The notes below the pieces were generated by a model that did no database searches, was not told the origin of the DNA, and was given only the letters and a program-made list of their open reading frames with translations. From positions 43,772,001-43,836,000 of the forward strand of contig NC_134482.1 in the NCBI RefSeq assembly GCF_964194025.1: DNA of 64,000 nucleotides, given 5' to 3'. Below are positions 11,181 to 22,647 of this stretch, in pieces. How positions within the stretch are numbered: the stretch's first letter is position 1; every line of letters begins with the position of its first letter. A program made the position numbers and the translations under genes. Origin of the DNA: Convolutriloba macropyga. Lineage: Eukaryota.

Positions 11181-14100
11181 AAATCAAAAATTCAATAAAA
11201 AATTGTTCAAAAAATTAATATCAAAGTCATAGCAAGCATTACCGTTGAACGAAAACAGATCGCTCAACAAAACCCTAATTAACACCCTATGAGGGTTGTC
11301 CCTAATGAGATTGAATAATAACACAACAAAAGTACAACAAATAGCAAAACTCACAGAAAATTTTTGACAAAAAGTAGTGTCAAAGTCATGAAAAGAAGTA
11401 GCCGTTAACTCGAACCAATAGTTATGTTAATTTATGCCTCATTAGCAAGCAATCTGACTTGCCAGCAATGACACTAAGTAAAAAGACAACGAAAGATAAT
11501 AAAAACGAGGAAAAATCAAATATTCAGTAATATCTTATGACAAATTGTGTCAAAGTGATGACAAGCATTAGCTGCCATTTCAAGAATTCAATTGCAAAAG
11601 GAGCAAAAAGAACAAATGTGTATTCAATTAAAAGCATTCAAGAGAAAATTGGAAACAAAATGATGCACGTGAAAATCCCTTTTCAAAAACCAAAAATTTG
11701 TTCAAAGACCAATTTCTCACTCCACTTTGAAGGTATTTTGAACAAAAATCACGCCTCAAACCTACTCGACTTTTCTTTTACTATTTCAGAAAGACTGAAA
11801 TCACCACTCGCTGACGTGAAAAAGCGAAAAAGGACAGCACACCAACAAAATCCAAATAGCTTAGGTTTTAATATAGCAGGACAAGTTCCGATCAACAATT
11901 CGAAGGCTTTTTATTGACTAAACAAAACCACTAGACAGTGAAGAGAAATGAATAGGAATGTTTTTCCGGTAAAATTTTTTAGTCAAATATAGGCATGCGA
12001 ACAAAAAAACCATTAACGAGAACGCCATTTTTGTTCATACACCTTTTTCTTATTTAAAGCCAGTCACTTTTTTGGTTGGACAAATTCCTGTTTCGGCATA
12101 ATTAAAATCACTACCCCAATTTGACTTCAAAAAATCGAAAATGTGAACAACAAAAAACTGCAGGAATTTCTTAAAGAGTTGAATTAACTAATTACATTGA
12201 CCTGAAAATCGAAATTTTTACAGGAACATAAAACTATGACAGTCAACAAAGCACATGATCTTATATGCGCGCTAAAAACACGTAACCACAAATTAAAATC
12301 CTTAAATAAATATAAAACCTTTTGAAAACAAATGTCTACGTCAGTGAGAGCGATAGCCAAAACGTGCACCAATTAGGTTGACGACTGTAAAGACAATGAG
12401 AACTTTCATTTTCGAGATTAAGCGACAAGACTACGAAAACAACAAGACGGTCAGTCAAGACTCAAAAATAAAAAGCTGGAAAGAAAGTTTAAACTTAAAA
12501 TACCCTACGCTATGATTTCAAGTCCTTAATAAGATTCATGTCACCTTCATTAACAACTGATGAAAATTGTCATCAATAGGGCTATGTTATTAGACAAAAA
12601 CTAAATTTAAAAAAGGTTTAAAAAAGTCCTCTCTAGAACTGCTATCAATAACATTGAGTGATAAGGCAACAAAAAGTACAGCAAGCATGCCAAAACTCGC
12701 TAATACTTTTTGAGAACAAATATTGACGAAGTCTTGAAAAACACTAGCAATGAAGTCAAACAAGTAAAAACCTCATTTATTCCTAAATGGAAAACGATGA
12801 GAGCTGTCATAAATGAGATTAAGTGATAAAACGAGAAAAAAGTACACAGCAGGTAGACAAAAAACGAGAAATTTTTTTGAAAAAAGTTGGAACAAAGTAG
12901 TTAAAACCATAAATCTATTACGCCCCATTAGAGTGCAGATAAGGCCAGTCTTATAAGAGACTAGGAAACAGTACATCAAAATGAACTACAAAACTGGGCG
13001 AAACTGAAAAAAATATATACCATTAACTGCCCCTTGAGGAGTTTAGAAAACAACTACGCACTGTAAAAGCAGATGTATAACATTTTAAAACAGTTAGGAA
13101 AATCAGGAAAAAGAACAAATAAAAAGCAGTCAAAATACCGCACGTGAAAACAATTCGCTTTCAAAAACAGGAAATTCAGAAATCAAAAATTCAATAAAAA
13201 ATTGTTCAAAAAAATTAATATCAAAGTCATAGCAAGCATTACCGTTGAACGAAAACAGATCGCTCAACAAAACCCTAATTAACACCCTATGAGGGTTGTC
13301 CCTAATGAGATTGAATAATAACACAACAAAAGTACAACAAATAGCAAAAATCACAGAACATTTTTGACAAAAAGTAGTGTCAAAGTCATGAAAAGAAGTA
13401 GCCGTTAACTCGAACCAAGAGTTATGTTAATTTATGCCTCACTAGCAAGCAATCTGACCTGCCAGCAATGACACTAAGTAAAAAGACAACGAAAAATAAT
13501 AAAAACGAGGAAAAATCAAATATTCAGTAATATCTTATGACAAATTGTGTCAAAGTGATGACAAGCATTAGCTGCCATTTCAAGAATTCAATTGCAAAAG
13601 GAGCAAAAAGAACAAATGTGTATTCAATTAAAAGCATTCAAGAGAAAATTGGAAACAAAATGATGCACGTGAAAATCCCTTTTCAAAAACCAAAAATTTG
13701 TTCAAACACCAATTTCTCACTCCACTTTGAAGGTATTTTGAACAAAAATCACGCCTCAAACCTACTCGACTTTTCTTTTACTATTTCAGGATGACTGAAA
13801 TCACCACTTGCTGACGTGAAAAAGCGAAAAAGGACAGCACACCAACAAAATCCAAATAGCTTAGGTTTTAATATAGCAGGACAAGTTCCGATCAACAATT
13901 CGAAGGCTTTTTATTGACTAAACAAAACCACTAGACAGTGAAGAGAAATGAATAGGAATGTTTTTCCGGTAAAATTTTTTAGTCAAATATAGGCATGCGA
14001 ACAAAAAAACCATTAACGAGAAAGCTATTTTTGTTCATACACCTTTTTCTTATTTAAAGCCAGTCACTTTTTTGGTTGGACAAATTCCTGTTTCGGCATA

Positions 14101-15163
14101 ATTAAAATCACTACCCCAATTTGACTTCAAAAAATCGAAAATGTGAACAACAAAAAACTGCAGGAATTTCTCAAAGAATTGAATTAACTAATTACATTGA
14201 CCTGAAAATCGAAATTTTTACAGGAACATAAAACTATGACAGTCAACAAAGCACATGATCTTATATGCGCGCTAAAAACACGTAACCACAAATTAAAATC
14301 CTTAAATAAATATAAAACCTTTTGAAAACAAATGTCTACGTCAGTGAAAGCGATAGCCAAAACGTGCACCAATTAGTTTGACGACTGTAAAGACAATGAG
14401 AACTTTCATTTTCGAGACTAAGCGACAAGACTACGAAAACAACAAGACGGTCAGTCAAGACTCAAAAATAAAAAGCTGGAAAGAAAGTTTAAACTTAAAA
14501 TACCCTACGCTATGATTACAAGTCCTTAATAAGATTCATGTCACCTTCATTAACAACTGATGAAAATTGTCATCAATAAGGCTATGTTATTAGACAAACT
14601 AAATTAAAAAAAGGTTTAAAAAGGTCCTCTCTAGAACTGCTATCAATAACATTAAGTGATAAGGCAACAAAAAGTACAGCAAGCATGCCAAAACTCGCTA
14701 ATACTTTTTGAAAACAAATATTGACGAGGTCTTGAAAAACACTAGCAATGAAGTCAAACAAGTAAAAACCTCATTTATTCCTAAATGGAAAACGATGAGA
14801 GCTGTCATAAATGAGATTAAGTGATAAAACGAGAAAAAAGTACACAGCTGGTAGACAAAAAACGAGAAATTTTTGAAAAAAGTTGGAACAAAGTAGTTAA
14901 AACCTTAATCTATTACGCCCCATTAGAGTGCAGATAAGGCCAGTCTTATAAGAGACTAGGAAACAGTACATCAAAATGAACTACAAAACTGGGCGAAACT
15001 GAAAAAAATATATACCATTAACTGCCCCTTGATGAGTTTAGAAAACAACTATGCACTGTAAAAGCAGATGTATAACATTTTAAAACAGTCAGGAAAAAGA
15101 ACAAATAAAAAGCAGTCAAAATACCGCACGTGAAAACAATTCGCTTTCAAAAACAGGAAATTC
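11181..15163. repeat. Head-to-tail tandem duplication of a ~2.0-kb unit (11181-13178 / 13179-15163)
   Basis: Near-identical copies offset by 1999-2000 bp in the first part (e.g. CGCTCAACAA at 11261 and 13261; ORF-track twins 11537/13537 and 12184/14184), with only scattered substitutions and small indels. Confidence 0.95.
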
Positions 15164-15959
15164 GTTCAACGCCATTTTTTCACTCGGCCTTAGAAGTAGC
15201 TTGAAAAAATTGCGCTTCAAAACTACTCTCGTTTCGCTCCTTTTATTTCAATAGCTCTAAAATTAGAATGTAATTTACTACAACTCTAATCTAAACTTAG
15301 AAAAAAAAACTCACGCCACAAAACCACTCGATATTTGTTTTGAGTGTTTGCAAAGTCAATTCCCCAATTTAACCTCAAAAAACATAAAAATGTGTGAACA
15401 GATCTTTAAAAAAACATAGCCGGAAGATTACCGAAAACAAATCGTGCTCTCGGCAAAAAAACGGTTCAAAAATACTAGTACCTACTAGAACAACTTATAA
15501 GATTTTTTTTAAATAAAACTGGATGTGAAAAGAAAATATATTAGAAGCAACATACAGCAAAAAATGTTTGCAATTTTTTGTCTTATTTCTCAAAAAATTG
15601 CCTGAAACAGAAAAACCAGTACACAATTGGTATCCTAGAAAAGATTGAATAATAATAGTCTTTTCAAATTAGGACTTTTCGGCATTTGAAACAATAAGCT
15701 AAAAATCGCTAAAATCCGCGAAGAAAAATCACCAAAATACCTCAAAATTCTCCAAACTAGCAATTACTAAAATTCTTCAATTAGCAAAAACTTTGAAGCC
15801 TACAACATCAACACAAACCTAAAAAGAAAACAATGTTACAATCTAAGCTGTCGACAAAAAATCGGAAAAACAGTGATTTAAAAAGCCGCCCGGAAAAATT
15901 TTAATCGATTACAATTTATTTACACCCCAATTTCTTGCTCTCTCGAACACAGCCGCATG

Positions 15960-16365
15960 AACAAACATAACCGACTAAGGCTGGCCAAATTTCTCGCAAA
16001 CAACCGGCAAGCGCTTGACTTCGTCAGTACTTAGCCACGGTTTATTGAGGCTAGCTTTAGCTTAATTGAAAGGTTTTGAAATGAGCACAGCGGAGGGGGG
16101 GGGGGTGCTCCCTTCTCTGAGAACCGCCCTTCACACCATAAATATAAGTCTCCAAAACAGTTTCTGTGAATCGCAAACTTGGAGACTAGTGAGCTGAAAG
16201 GCTCTAGGAGAAACTTAATGCACGCTGGGAGCAACCTGTTTATCCCGTTTTTGAGGACGAAAAGCCAAATAGGTCAGACGAAAAACCGGTCAAGCGAAAA
16301 ATCGCATTAAAAAAGACCAAAAGGACTGTTACAATTGCTACAAACTTCGTTTGCGAGCAATTAAC
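15960..16365 (-). mobile_element. HINE/DINE-1-like element, copy 2
   Basis: Same ends as the other copies: AACAAACATAACCGACTAA... and ...ATTGCTACAAACTTCGTTTGCGAGCAATTAAC; shared GTCAGACGAAAAA core; poly-G centre. Confidence 0.65.
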
Positions 16366-16419
16366 AAGACCCGCATGAAATTGTTTGGCGATGTTAAAAA
16401 CAGCAGGACAAGTCCTCAA

Positions 16420-17460
16420 ATAAACTGAAATTCGATAACTCCGTGAGCGATGGTACTGTACGGAACGTGCTGTAAATTGTAAGACCTATGCCTTCAATAA
16501 GATTTCTGATTTGCGAGGTCTTGTTGCGAACCGATCTTGCGTTAGTAAACATACTTTTACACGGTCACTGACAGTTCTGAAATTTGATAAAGTCATGTAA
16601 CAAAGGAGGCCAGCTATTCCCTCGCTTTCTGATTAAATAAAATCGAGAAAATGAATCAACTTGATCATTATCGAATTTGAATACACAGTGGAAAGATTTC
16701 AGACGAGAACCTTCCCTAGATATTTCACGGATACACAGTAGATCAACTCCCTTGTTCTTGCAATATTCTCTTATATCATCCGTAGAGACAGAGTTGCTTA
16801 TACGACCAATGTGAAGATGCCGTCTTTTCTGTAGTCTTTTAATTGCACTGATTGTCGTCTGATGATTAATATTTGTGCCCTCTTGAAAACTTTTAGTTTT
16901 CTGTCTTGAGACTCTTTGCCAGCAACCAGGTTTCCATTGCCTTCAGCTTTTCGTATCTTTGAATTACGAGCGCTAGTAGTACTGTCAGTCCGACTTTTGA
17001 AAGCAGCTCTAAGATACGGGTAATCCCGTTTCTTCAGAGAATTTATCTCCGGTTTCAGTAATTGAATTTTAGAAATCAGCGAGTCTACTTTCCCTAATTT
17101 AACTTCAAGAGCAGATAATCGATCAGGGGCTGATAACTCGGACAAGACCAAAATATCATTCAAAGGCAACTTATTGTCCGAGCAATTCCAAGGCACGATC
17201 CACAAACACATTTAGATTTACATCGAACGGGGATAACGCGTTCTTGTTCTCTACATAAACCCATAAACACGGTGCATGGCTGATCGGATGGGGGAGGCGG
17301 CAAGGACAAAGCCGTCATTGTTTGGGACAAAAATACAGCCCGAAGACTACAGTAAGCGCTGAATAAGTCCTAAATAAACAAATAATCTAAATCCTTTTAT
17401 CTAAATTAATAACTATAAGACAAATAAATCAGCCGAACAAATGCGGAGAATTCTCGCGCC
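16420..17460 (-). mobile_element. Decayed 5' part of a CR1/L2-group LINE: ORF1 (PHD-like remnant, coiled coil, RRM-like domain) and start of the APE endonuclease
   Basis: Frameshifted minus-strand translation: HAPCL...CVCGSCL, DRLSALEVKLGKVDSLISKIQLL, RRHLHIGRISNSVSTDDIREYCKNKGVDLLCIREISREGSRLKSFHCVF, then KSMFTNARSVRNKTSQIRNLIE (APE N-terminal motif). Confidence 0.7.
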
Positions 17461-18162
17461 AAATGTTGATAGAGAAAACAACCTAATGTAACCAAAACTC
17501 GAAGAATTGCCAAGAATCCTTGCGTCAAAAGTTTGGTCTCGGTAGTCAGGGCTTCAGTGTTCGTTCAACACACCGTTTGCAATAGTCGAAGAAGAAGTAT
17601 AGTTTCTTCCGCCAGAATCTGAAATTCCGGTTACCTGGGGCTACCCAAACAAAGTCCGGCCTCTGATACAACAGTAAATACTGCTTTATGCCGTTTAATG
17701 CTTTATACTGCTTCTGTGACATTTGTTGGTGTCTCATGCGGGAAATGGTTGAAAATTGGAACAGATCTTGGCTCGATCTCGGTAATTATGCTCTCAGAAA
17801 CGGGGAAATAAATCCAAACAAATTAAACAGAAAGTTGATATTAGAAGTTAGAGACAAAAAATTAATTGTACTTAACTTTGTACTTAACTTTTAGAACTAT
17901 AATTGTACTTGACTTTTAGAAAGCTGCAATTAGTTACTATTTCGGTTTGTTGTTTAGGCTACAAAAAACTTTGTTTTCAGTTAGTTTTGAGTTTTATTTA
18001 ACAGCTAAGTTATATAACGAGCATTGCTGCTTGTATTTACATATGTTTTTATTAGGTCACTGAGTGAAATCGGTCTGTTTGACCAATTTAGTCAGGTAAC
18101 TCCATTAGAATTGCAAATTAATTTACTCTTGCTTTGTGAAGTTAAGTCACTGTCAGTGAATT

Positions 18163-18633
18163 AATAACAAACATAACCGACTAACGTCCGGCGAACTCCT
18201 CTCAAACGACCGGTTGGCTTTGGTAGTAGCGAGCTGGGGCTTACGCATGCTAGCATGAGAAGTGAAAGGAGTGAGCCAAGAGTGGAGGGGGAACCTATTG
18301 AGGGGTGTGGTCTCGAGGGCTGGACGAGATGGGGGTTTAAATTGTGTGCGTGCGAGCTTGCGTGTTTGTGTGCGTGTGGGGGGCGTCACACTTCTATTAA
18401 AAACCACCCAACATTGACTACTCAAAGCAACTTTGGTGACTCGCATACTTAGAGACTAGTGAGGCGTAAGGGTCTTAGAGAGCTGCTCAGCCACTGGCTG
18501 TCCCCCGTGATTTACATCGTTTTTGACGACAAAATTAAAGGGTCAGACGAAAAAACGATTGGGCGAAAAATCACATTAAAAAGACCAAACGACTAATATG
18601 ATTGCTACAAACATCATTTAAGAGCAATTAACC
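18163..18633 (-). mobile_element. HINE/DINE-1-like element, copy 3, with internal GT-rich microsatellite
   Basis: Ends AATAACAAACATAACCGACTAACGTCCGGCGAACTCCTCTCAAACGAC and ATTGCTACAAACATCATTTAAGAGCAATTAAC; aligns by eye with 4973-5330. Confidence 0.7.
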
Positions 18634-18790
18634 GGATCTATTCTGTACCCCCCCCCCCCTTAGTGGGCTTATATCTTTTATGCCCCCATGCGCACGGGAT
18701 TTTTTTACACAGTAACGTGTTATACAACAACATAAATTCTGACTGGGGGCGTAAAAACACGGGGGGGGGGGGGCAAAACAGAATAGATCC
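18634..18790. mobile_element. MITE with GGATC...GATCC TIRs and 8-bp TSD
   Basis: TIRs GGATCTATTCTGT / ACAGAATAGATCC with inner poly-C/poly-G tracts; perfect TSD AATTAACC at 18626-18633 and 18791-18798. Confidence 0.85.
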
Positions 18791-18798
18791 AATTAACC

Positions 18799-18890
18799 AA
18801 ATAACGTCGAGCCAATTGCACTCAAACGACTAGAGAGCGGTTGGTTCGTCAGTAGCTAGCTGCAGCTCAGGGTCGCTGGCTGAAGATTAA
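18799..18890 (-). mobile_element. Terminal fragment of another HINE-like copy
   Basis: ATAACGTCGAGCCAATTGCACTCAAACGAC...GTCAGTAGCTAGC matches the hairpin/subTIR end of the family. Confidence 0.5.
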
Positions 18891-19475
18891 CTGACATGAA
18901 AAGGTAGTTAAGAGGTGCATTCCGGAGGGACAATTTGTTTTCGACAATTTGACCAAATTGTTTCATTTTAAATATCATATCAGTCATGTTTATATTTTCT
19001 TTTGGATGTATTTTATTTTGTGAACCCTTTCATTGCTCTAAGTTAGTTGATTTCAAAAAATGCAGCTTTAGAAGTGTTTTTGTTTACCCAAAGATTGTTT
19101 AGTTATTTACAGCAGATAGGGAGCGCACGTTTTCTTTAGCTATTTAGAAAAGTTAGGAAACGCAGTATAGGTTAATTGACTCTGCTTGAGGTCACCAAGA
19201 CCTTCTGGCGTTTATCGAGAACGGCGTTGCGGTTTGAGATGTCAAGCCAGAATTTCGAAGTGATCTCATCCTGCAAGTATGATAATGCCTACAGCTCATT
19301 GAAGTCAACTTCTGGCAATGTCTATATGGACTGCTATTGAACTTCTGGCCTTTTAACTTCTGTCACTAGACTTTGGGCAACACGTCCGTCTTTTAAGCTA
19401 TCCCTCCATTTTATTTGAGCAGCTTTTGCTTGAAAAGCAATCGTTTGGGCAACTAGTACAATTTGTAGTTTTATC

Positions 19476-19645
19476 GAATCTTTTCCGTTTGTGCCTTCCC
19501 CACAGTACGCTATGCACCCCCAGTTACAGAACACGTGCCATTACATAGTAAATCATTATGTAAAAATATGACACGTGCCTCTGGGGTTGCAAATAATATG
19601 AATCCACTAAACTGGGGGGGGGGGGGGCACAGACGGAAAGGATCC
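19476..19645. mobile_element. GGATC-family MITE copy (TSD degenerate)
   Basis: GAATCTTTTCCGTTTGTGCC ... GGCACAGACGGAAAGGATCC; internal CACGTG..ATTACATAGTAAATCA shared with the 22648 and 46210 copies. Confidence 0.8.
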
Positions 19646-20903
19646 GTTGATTAACTAGAAAAGCTGTTAATAACTGTAAGACAAAATAGAACTGAAACGT
19701 TATTGGACTAGGCATTATTGTATTTGTACAAAACTTTCCCATCTTTAGAAAGAACGAGCAATTACTTGCTCACTCCTTGGCTTAAAATATGTGATTCCAA
19801 ATCGTGACTTCTACTTTCTGTACTGGCGTTTACTTTCTGAGATTTTCCTCCAAATTTACGGATGCTATATTTAAGGCTGTCAAGATTATTTTAAAAAAAC
19901 TGTTCATAACGGTAGCAAAATTAAGACAACTAGAATAACACGTGGGTATGTTACCCATATCGGCCGCAAAACGGATAGCGACCGAGAAACACATTTTTGA
20001 GATCTTATCTAAAGCACTGCACCGATAAAAACGAAATGCACATCCGATTCAACCTCGATTTCAAATCTTTTAAATATTTCATTCAAGCATTATTTCCCTG
20101 CAAATATTTCAGGATTAAAACTCTGCTTAGTTTATTGTTCAAACTAAAACTCGAATATTATTGACACGTTACCATTTATCGATATAATTTAGATGCTTTT
20201 AATTAGCCAGTTTTACTTCGAGGGTCTTGATTTATACATGAAGTTTGGTTCAAATGTAACATTCTATGAAACGCAGACTCATTTTAGCTTGCTGACAAAA
20301 CCTGAATCAATTTCAATAATTTTAGAGAAATTAAATACTTATCAGCTTAAAATGATTCTTTTGATTTTAAACGGATTACCTTTTTATAATCAAACTTATA
20401 TTTCGGTCATAGTAGTTGTATTAATTATTATATGGTAAAAAGAATGATTTAATGAAAACATTTAATTTTTTAAAGGGTAAGATATTTCTTACACCACATT
20501 TAATATGATGCTCAATTTAAGGTTAAATCACGTGCAATTAATGGACAGATAAGTGATAATATTCAATTCTCATATAAATCTATTTTACCAATGATTTAAT
20601 TGATGTATTTTGATAACCATATTGTTATTTATATTCTCTAATTTTAATTGAATATTTTTCACTCTGAATAATTATTAGTTTATGTTAATTGAGTTGCTAT
20701 GAAACTTTTGAAGTTGACGGCATTTACATAATTTTGCAACAGATAGTTGTAATAGTTGACATTTAATGCATTCGAGTTCCTTTTACATTAAACATTTCCC
20801 CCATCTTTACTCATAATTCCAACAAATACTGTAATTTTCACCCACAATTTTACAGCTATCTCCCCTTTTATGTACTTTTTTAACCCCTTTTATTCTCAGA
20901 AAT

Positions 20904-22520
20904 TTAATATAGATCCTCAAACGCTCCAAACTCGTGTTTACCTCTCTCTGTGGGCGCTTTCGACATTCTACCGTTACTACTTACAGCTCCTGCACTGCCA
21001 ACATGCCGGGAGATAATAGTGCCAGGCTGTCTTCCCATGTGAGCACTTGGCTGAGCAACAAGTGACTCGCGCACGGCATTCTTAACTAACTCACGCGCCG
21101 GAGCGCCTCTGCTGCCGGAAAGTCCAGCAACATCTCTGCTCCCATGAATTCCGGCAATTTCTCTACTACCGTGAATTCCACCAATTTCTCTACTCCCGTG
21201 AATTCCGCCAATTTCTCTGCTCCCATGAACTTCGCCAATTTCTCTGCTCCTGGGAAGTCCGGCATTATCTCTGCTACCGGGAATTCGGACATCCCGTTTT
21301 ACGTTCACTCCACCTAAGCTTCTGCTCATGGGCACTCCTGGTACAGCCCTATTCAGCGGAATTCCCGGAACCGCTTGATGCATAGGATTTCTGAGTATCG
21401 GTTGGGCAGCAGTTGCCCTGGGCTGCGATCCTGGGCCTGCTGACATTCGCACCATCGGAACAACAGGACGCGGACTTCGAGCCAATGCCGACATCTGGAT
21501 AGACTGCGCCTCCTGTATCAAATGTGGCTGCTCCATAATTACTGGCTGCATCCGCTGTCCAGCAGCTCCTTGATATTTCTGTGACAGAAAATCTACAAAC
21601 TCACTGTATATCTGATCTTTGCTCAGACCTATACCAGGAAGCTCTGGAGTATCAACAATGGGTTCCGGTTCAAGAACGGGCATGACATTAGCAACAGGTG
21701 GCGCATAATCAGTCGTGTAATCTACAATCTCATAGCCTCCCATCCTAACACCTCCAGGCATCTGAGCAACTTCATGTTCTTGACCATGACTGAATGCGCA
21801 CTTAGCACCTGACTTACAGTTTCCAGTGGCAAAAAATTTACATGGCGGACGTGGCGCTCCAGGATTAATTCCAGCTTTGATAACATTAGGGGCGTTCTCG
21901 TGTGGACTCTGCTTCGACATTCGCAATTCATTTGCTCCATGAGCATAGGGACAGTCTTCTTTATTTCGACATTCGCTGTTCTTCATGTAAAATTGGCACA
22001 AAATAGTTTTCCAATTAGGACTTTCCTTAATTTTCTCTTCAAAGTCCCCTTTAAAAGCGTGAGGTCTTAACTCATATCTTCCGTGCGCGAAGCCACAAGC
22101 TTCCGCGCGTCTGCAAACTCCGGTTCCCATGTAATTTCCACACAATGTGGTTTTGTAATTAGCAGGTGGCGACTTTTTGAACTCCTCTTTATCATGTATA
22201 AACGCACACTCGTCCCCTTTGTCACATTGTCCACGTAAGTGATGAATACAAAGCAGTTTCGCAGCCTCCGCTGATCGTTTGACACCGCGTGGTTCCACGG
22301 GCGTCGTTCGCGGCCGTTCTATCAATTCATGCGCACCGTGGGCGAACTTGCATTCACTGCCAATACGACAGGACGCAGGTTCTCCTTCGCGGTAAAACTT
22401 GCATGCAATCCATTTAAATTCTTTCTTAGGTTCGAACTCTTTCTCATAAAGAGCTTCATTGTTCTCATGAAGAATTTCATTGTACTCCGGGCGCAAAGCA
22501 AGCAAGCTAGATTGAGACAT
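20904..22520 (-). CDS. Five-CCCH zinc-finger RNA-binding protein (TIS11/ZFP36-like fingers) with low-complexity P/G/M/R-rich C-terminus, ~538 aa
   Basis: Fingers CKFYREGEPASCRIGSECKFAH, CIHHLRGQCDKGDECAFIH, YKTTLCGNYMGTGVCRRAEACGFAH, WKTILCQFYMKNSECRNKEDCPYAH, CKFFATGNCKSGAKCAFSH. ATG at 22520 preceded by a pyrimidine tract, CTAAC branch-like site and TTTCAG acceptor (22527-22532); AATAAA at 20889-20894 just after the stop. Confidence 0.9.
   Translation of the reverse strand: MSQSSLLALRPEYNEILHENNEALYEKEFEPKKEFKWIACKFYREGEPASCRIGSECKFAHGAHELIERPRTTPVEPRGVKRSAEAAKLLCIHHLRGQCDKGDECAFIHDKEEFKKSPPANYKTTLCGNYMGTGVCRRAEACGFAHGRYELRPHAFKGDFEEKIKESPNWKTILCQFYMKNSECRNKEDCPYAHGANELRMSKQSPHENAPNVIKAGINPGAPRPPCKFFATGNCKSGAKCAFSHGQEHEVAQMPGGVRMGGYEIVDYTTDYAPPVANVMPVLEPEPIVDTPELPGIGLSKDQIYSEFVDFLSQKYQGAAGQRMQPVIMEQPHLIQEAQSIQMSALARSPRPVVPMVRMSAGPGSQPRATAAQPILRNPMHQAVPGIPLNRAVPGVPMSRSLGGVNVKRDVRIPGSRDNAGLPRSREIGEVHGSREIGGIHGSREIGGIHGSREIAGIHGSRDVAGLSGSRGAPARELVKNAVRESLVAQPSAHMGRQPGTIISRHVGSAGAVSSNGRMSKAPTERGKHEFGAFEDLY
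21105..21290 (-). repeat. In-frame 27-bp coding tandem repeat (GSREIGGIH-like nonapeptide, ~7 copies)
   Basis: Repeating ATTTCTCT(A/G)CT(A/C)CC(A/G)TGAATTCC on the + strand; peptide GSRDNAGLP/RSREIGEVH/GSREIGGIH/GSREIGGIH/GSREIAGIH/GSRDVAGLS. Confidence 0.9.
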
Positions 22521-22647
22521 ACGTATCTGAAAATGGAAATAGTTAGAATACAATTAGAGAGAGGGAGAGAGAGAAACAAAATTATTGTATGGGGATAACT
22601 CGCGAAATATACAAAAGGGGTAAATGTTTTATGAAGACATAAATTGC

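Noticed and set aside
11537-14372. Duplicated ORFs 11537-11917/13537-13794 and 12184-12372/14184-14372
   Set aside because: Low-complexity A-rich translations inside the tandem duplication; no motifs, and one copy is truncated.
22521-22553. N-terminal MYSNYFHFQIR of the CCCH ORF
   Set aside because: Non-ATG start; the sequence is a branch point, pyrimidine tract and acceptor.
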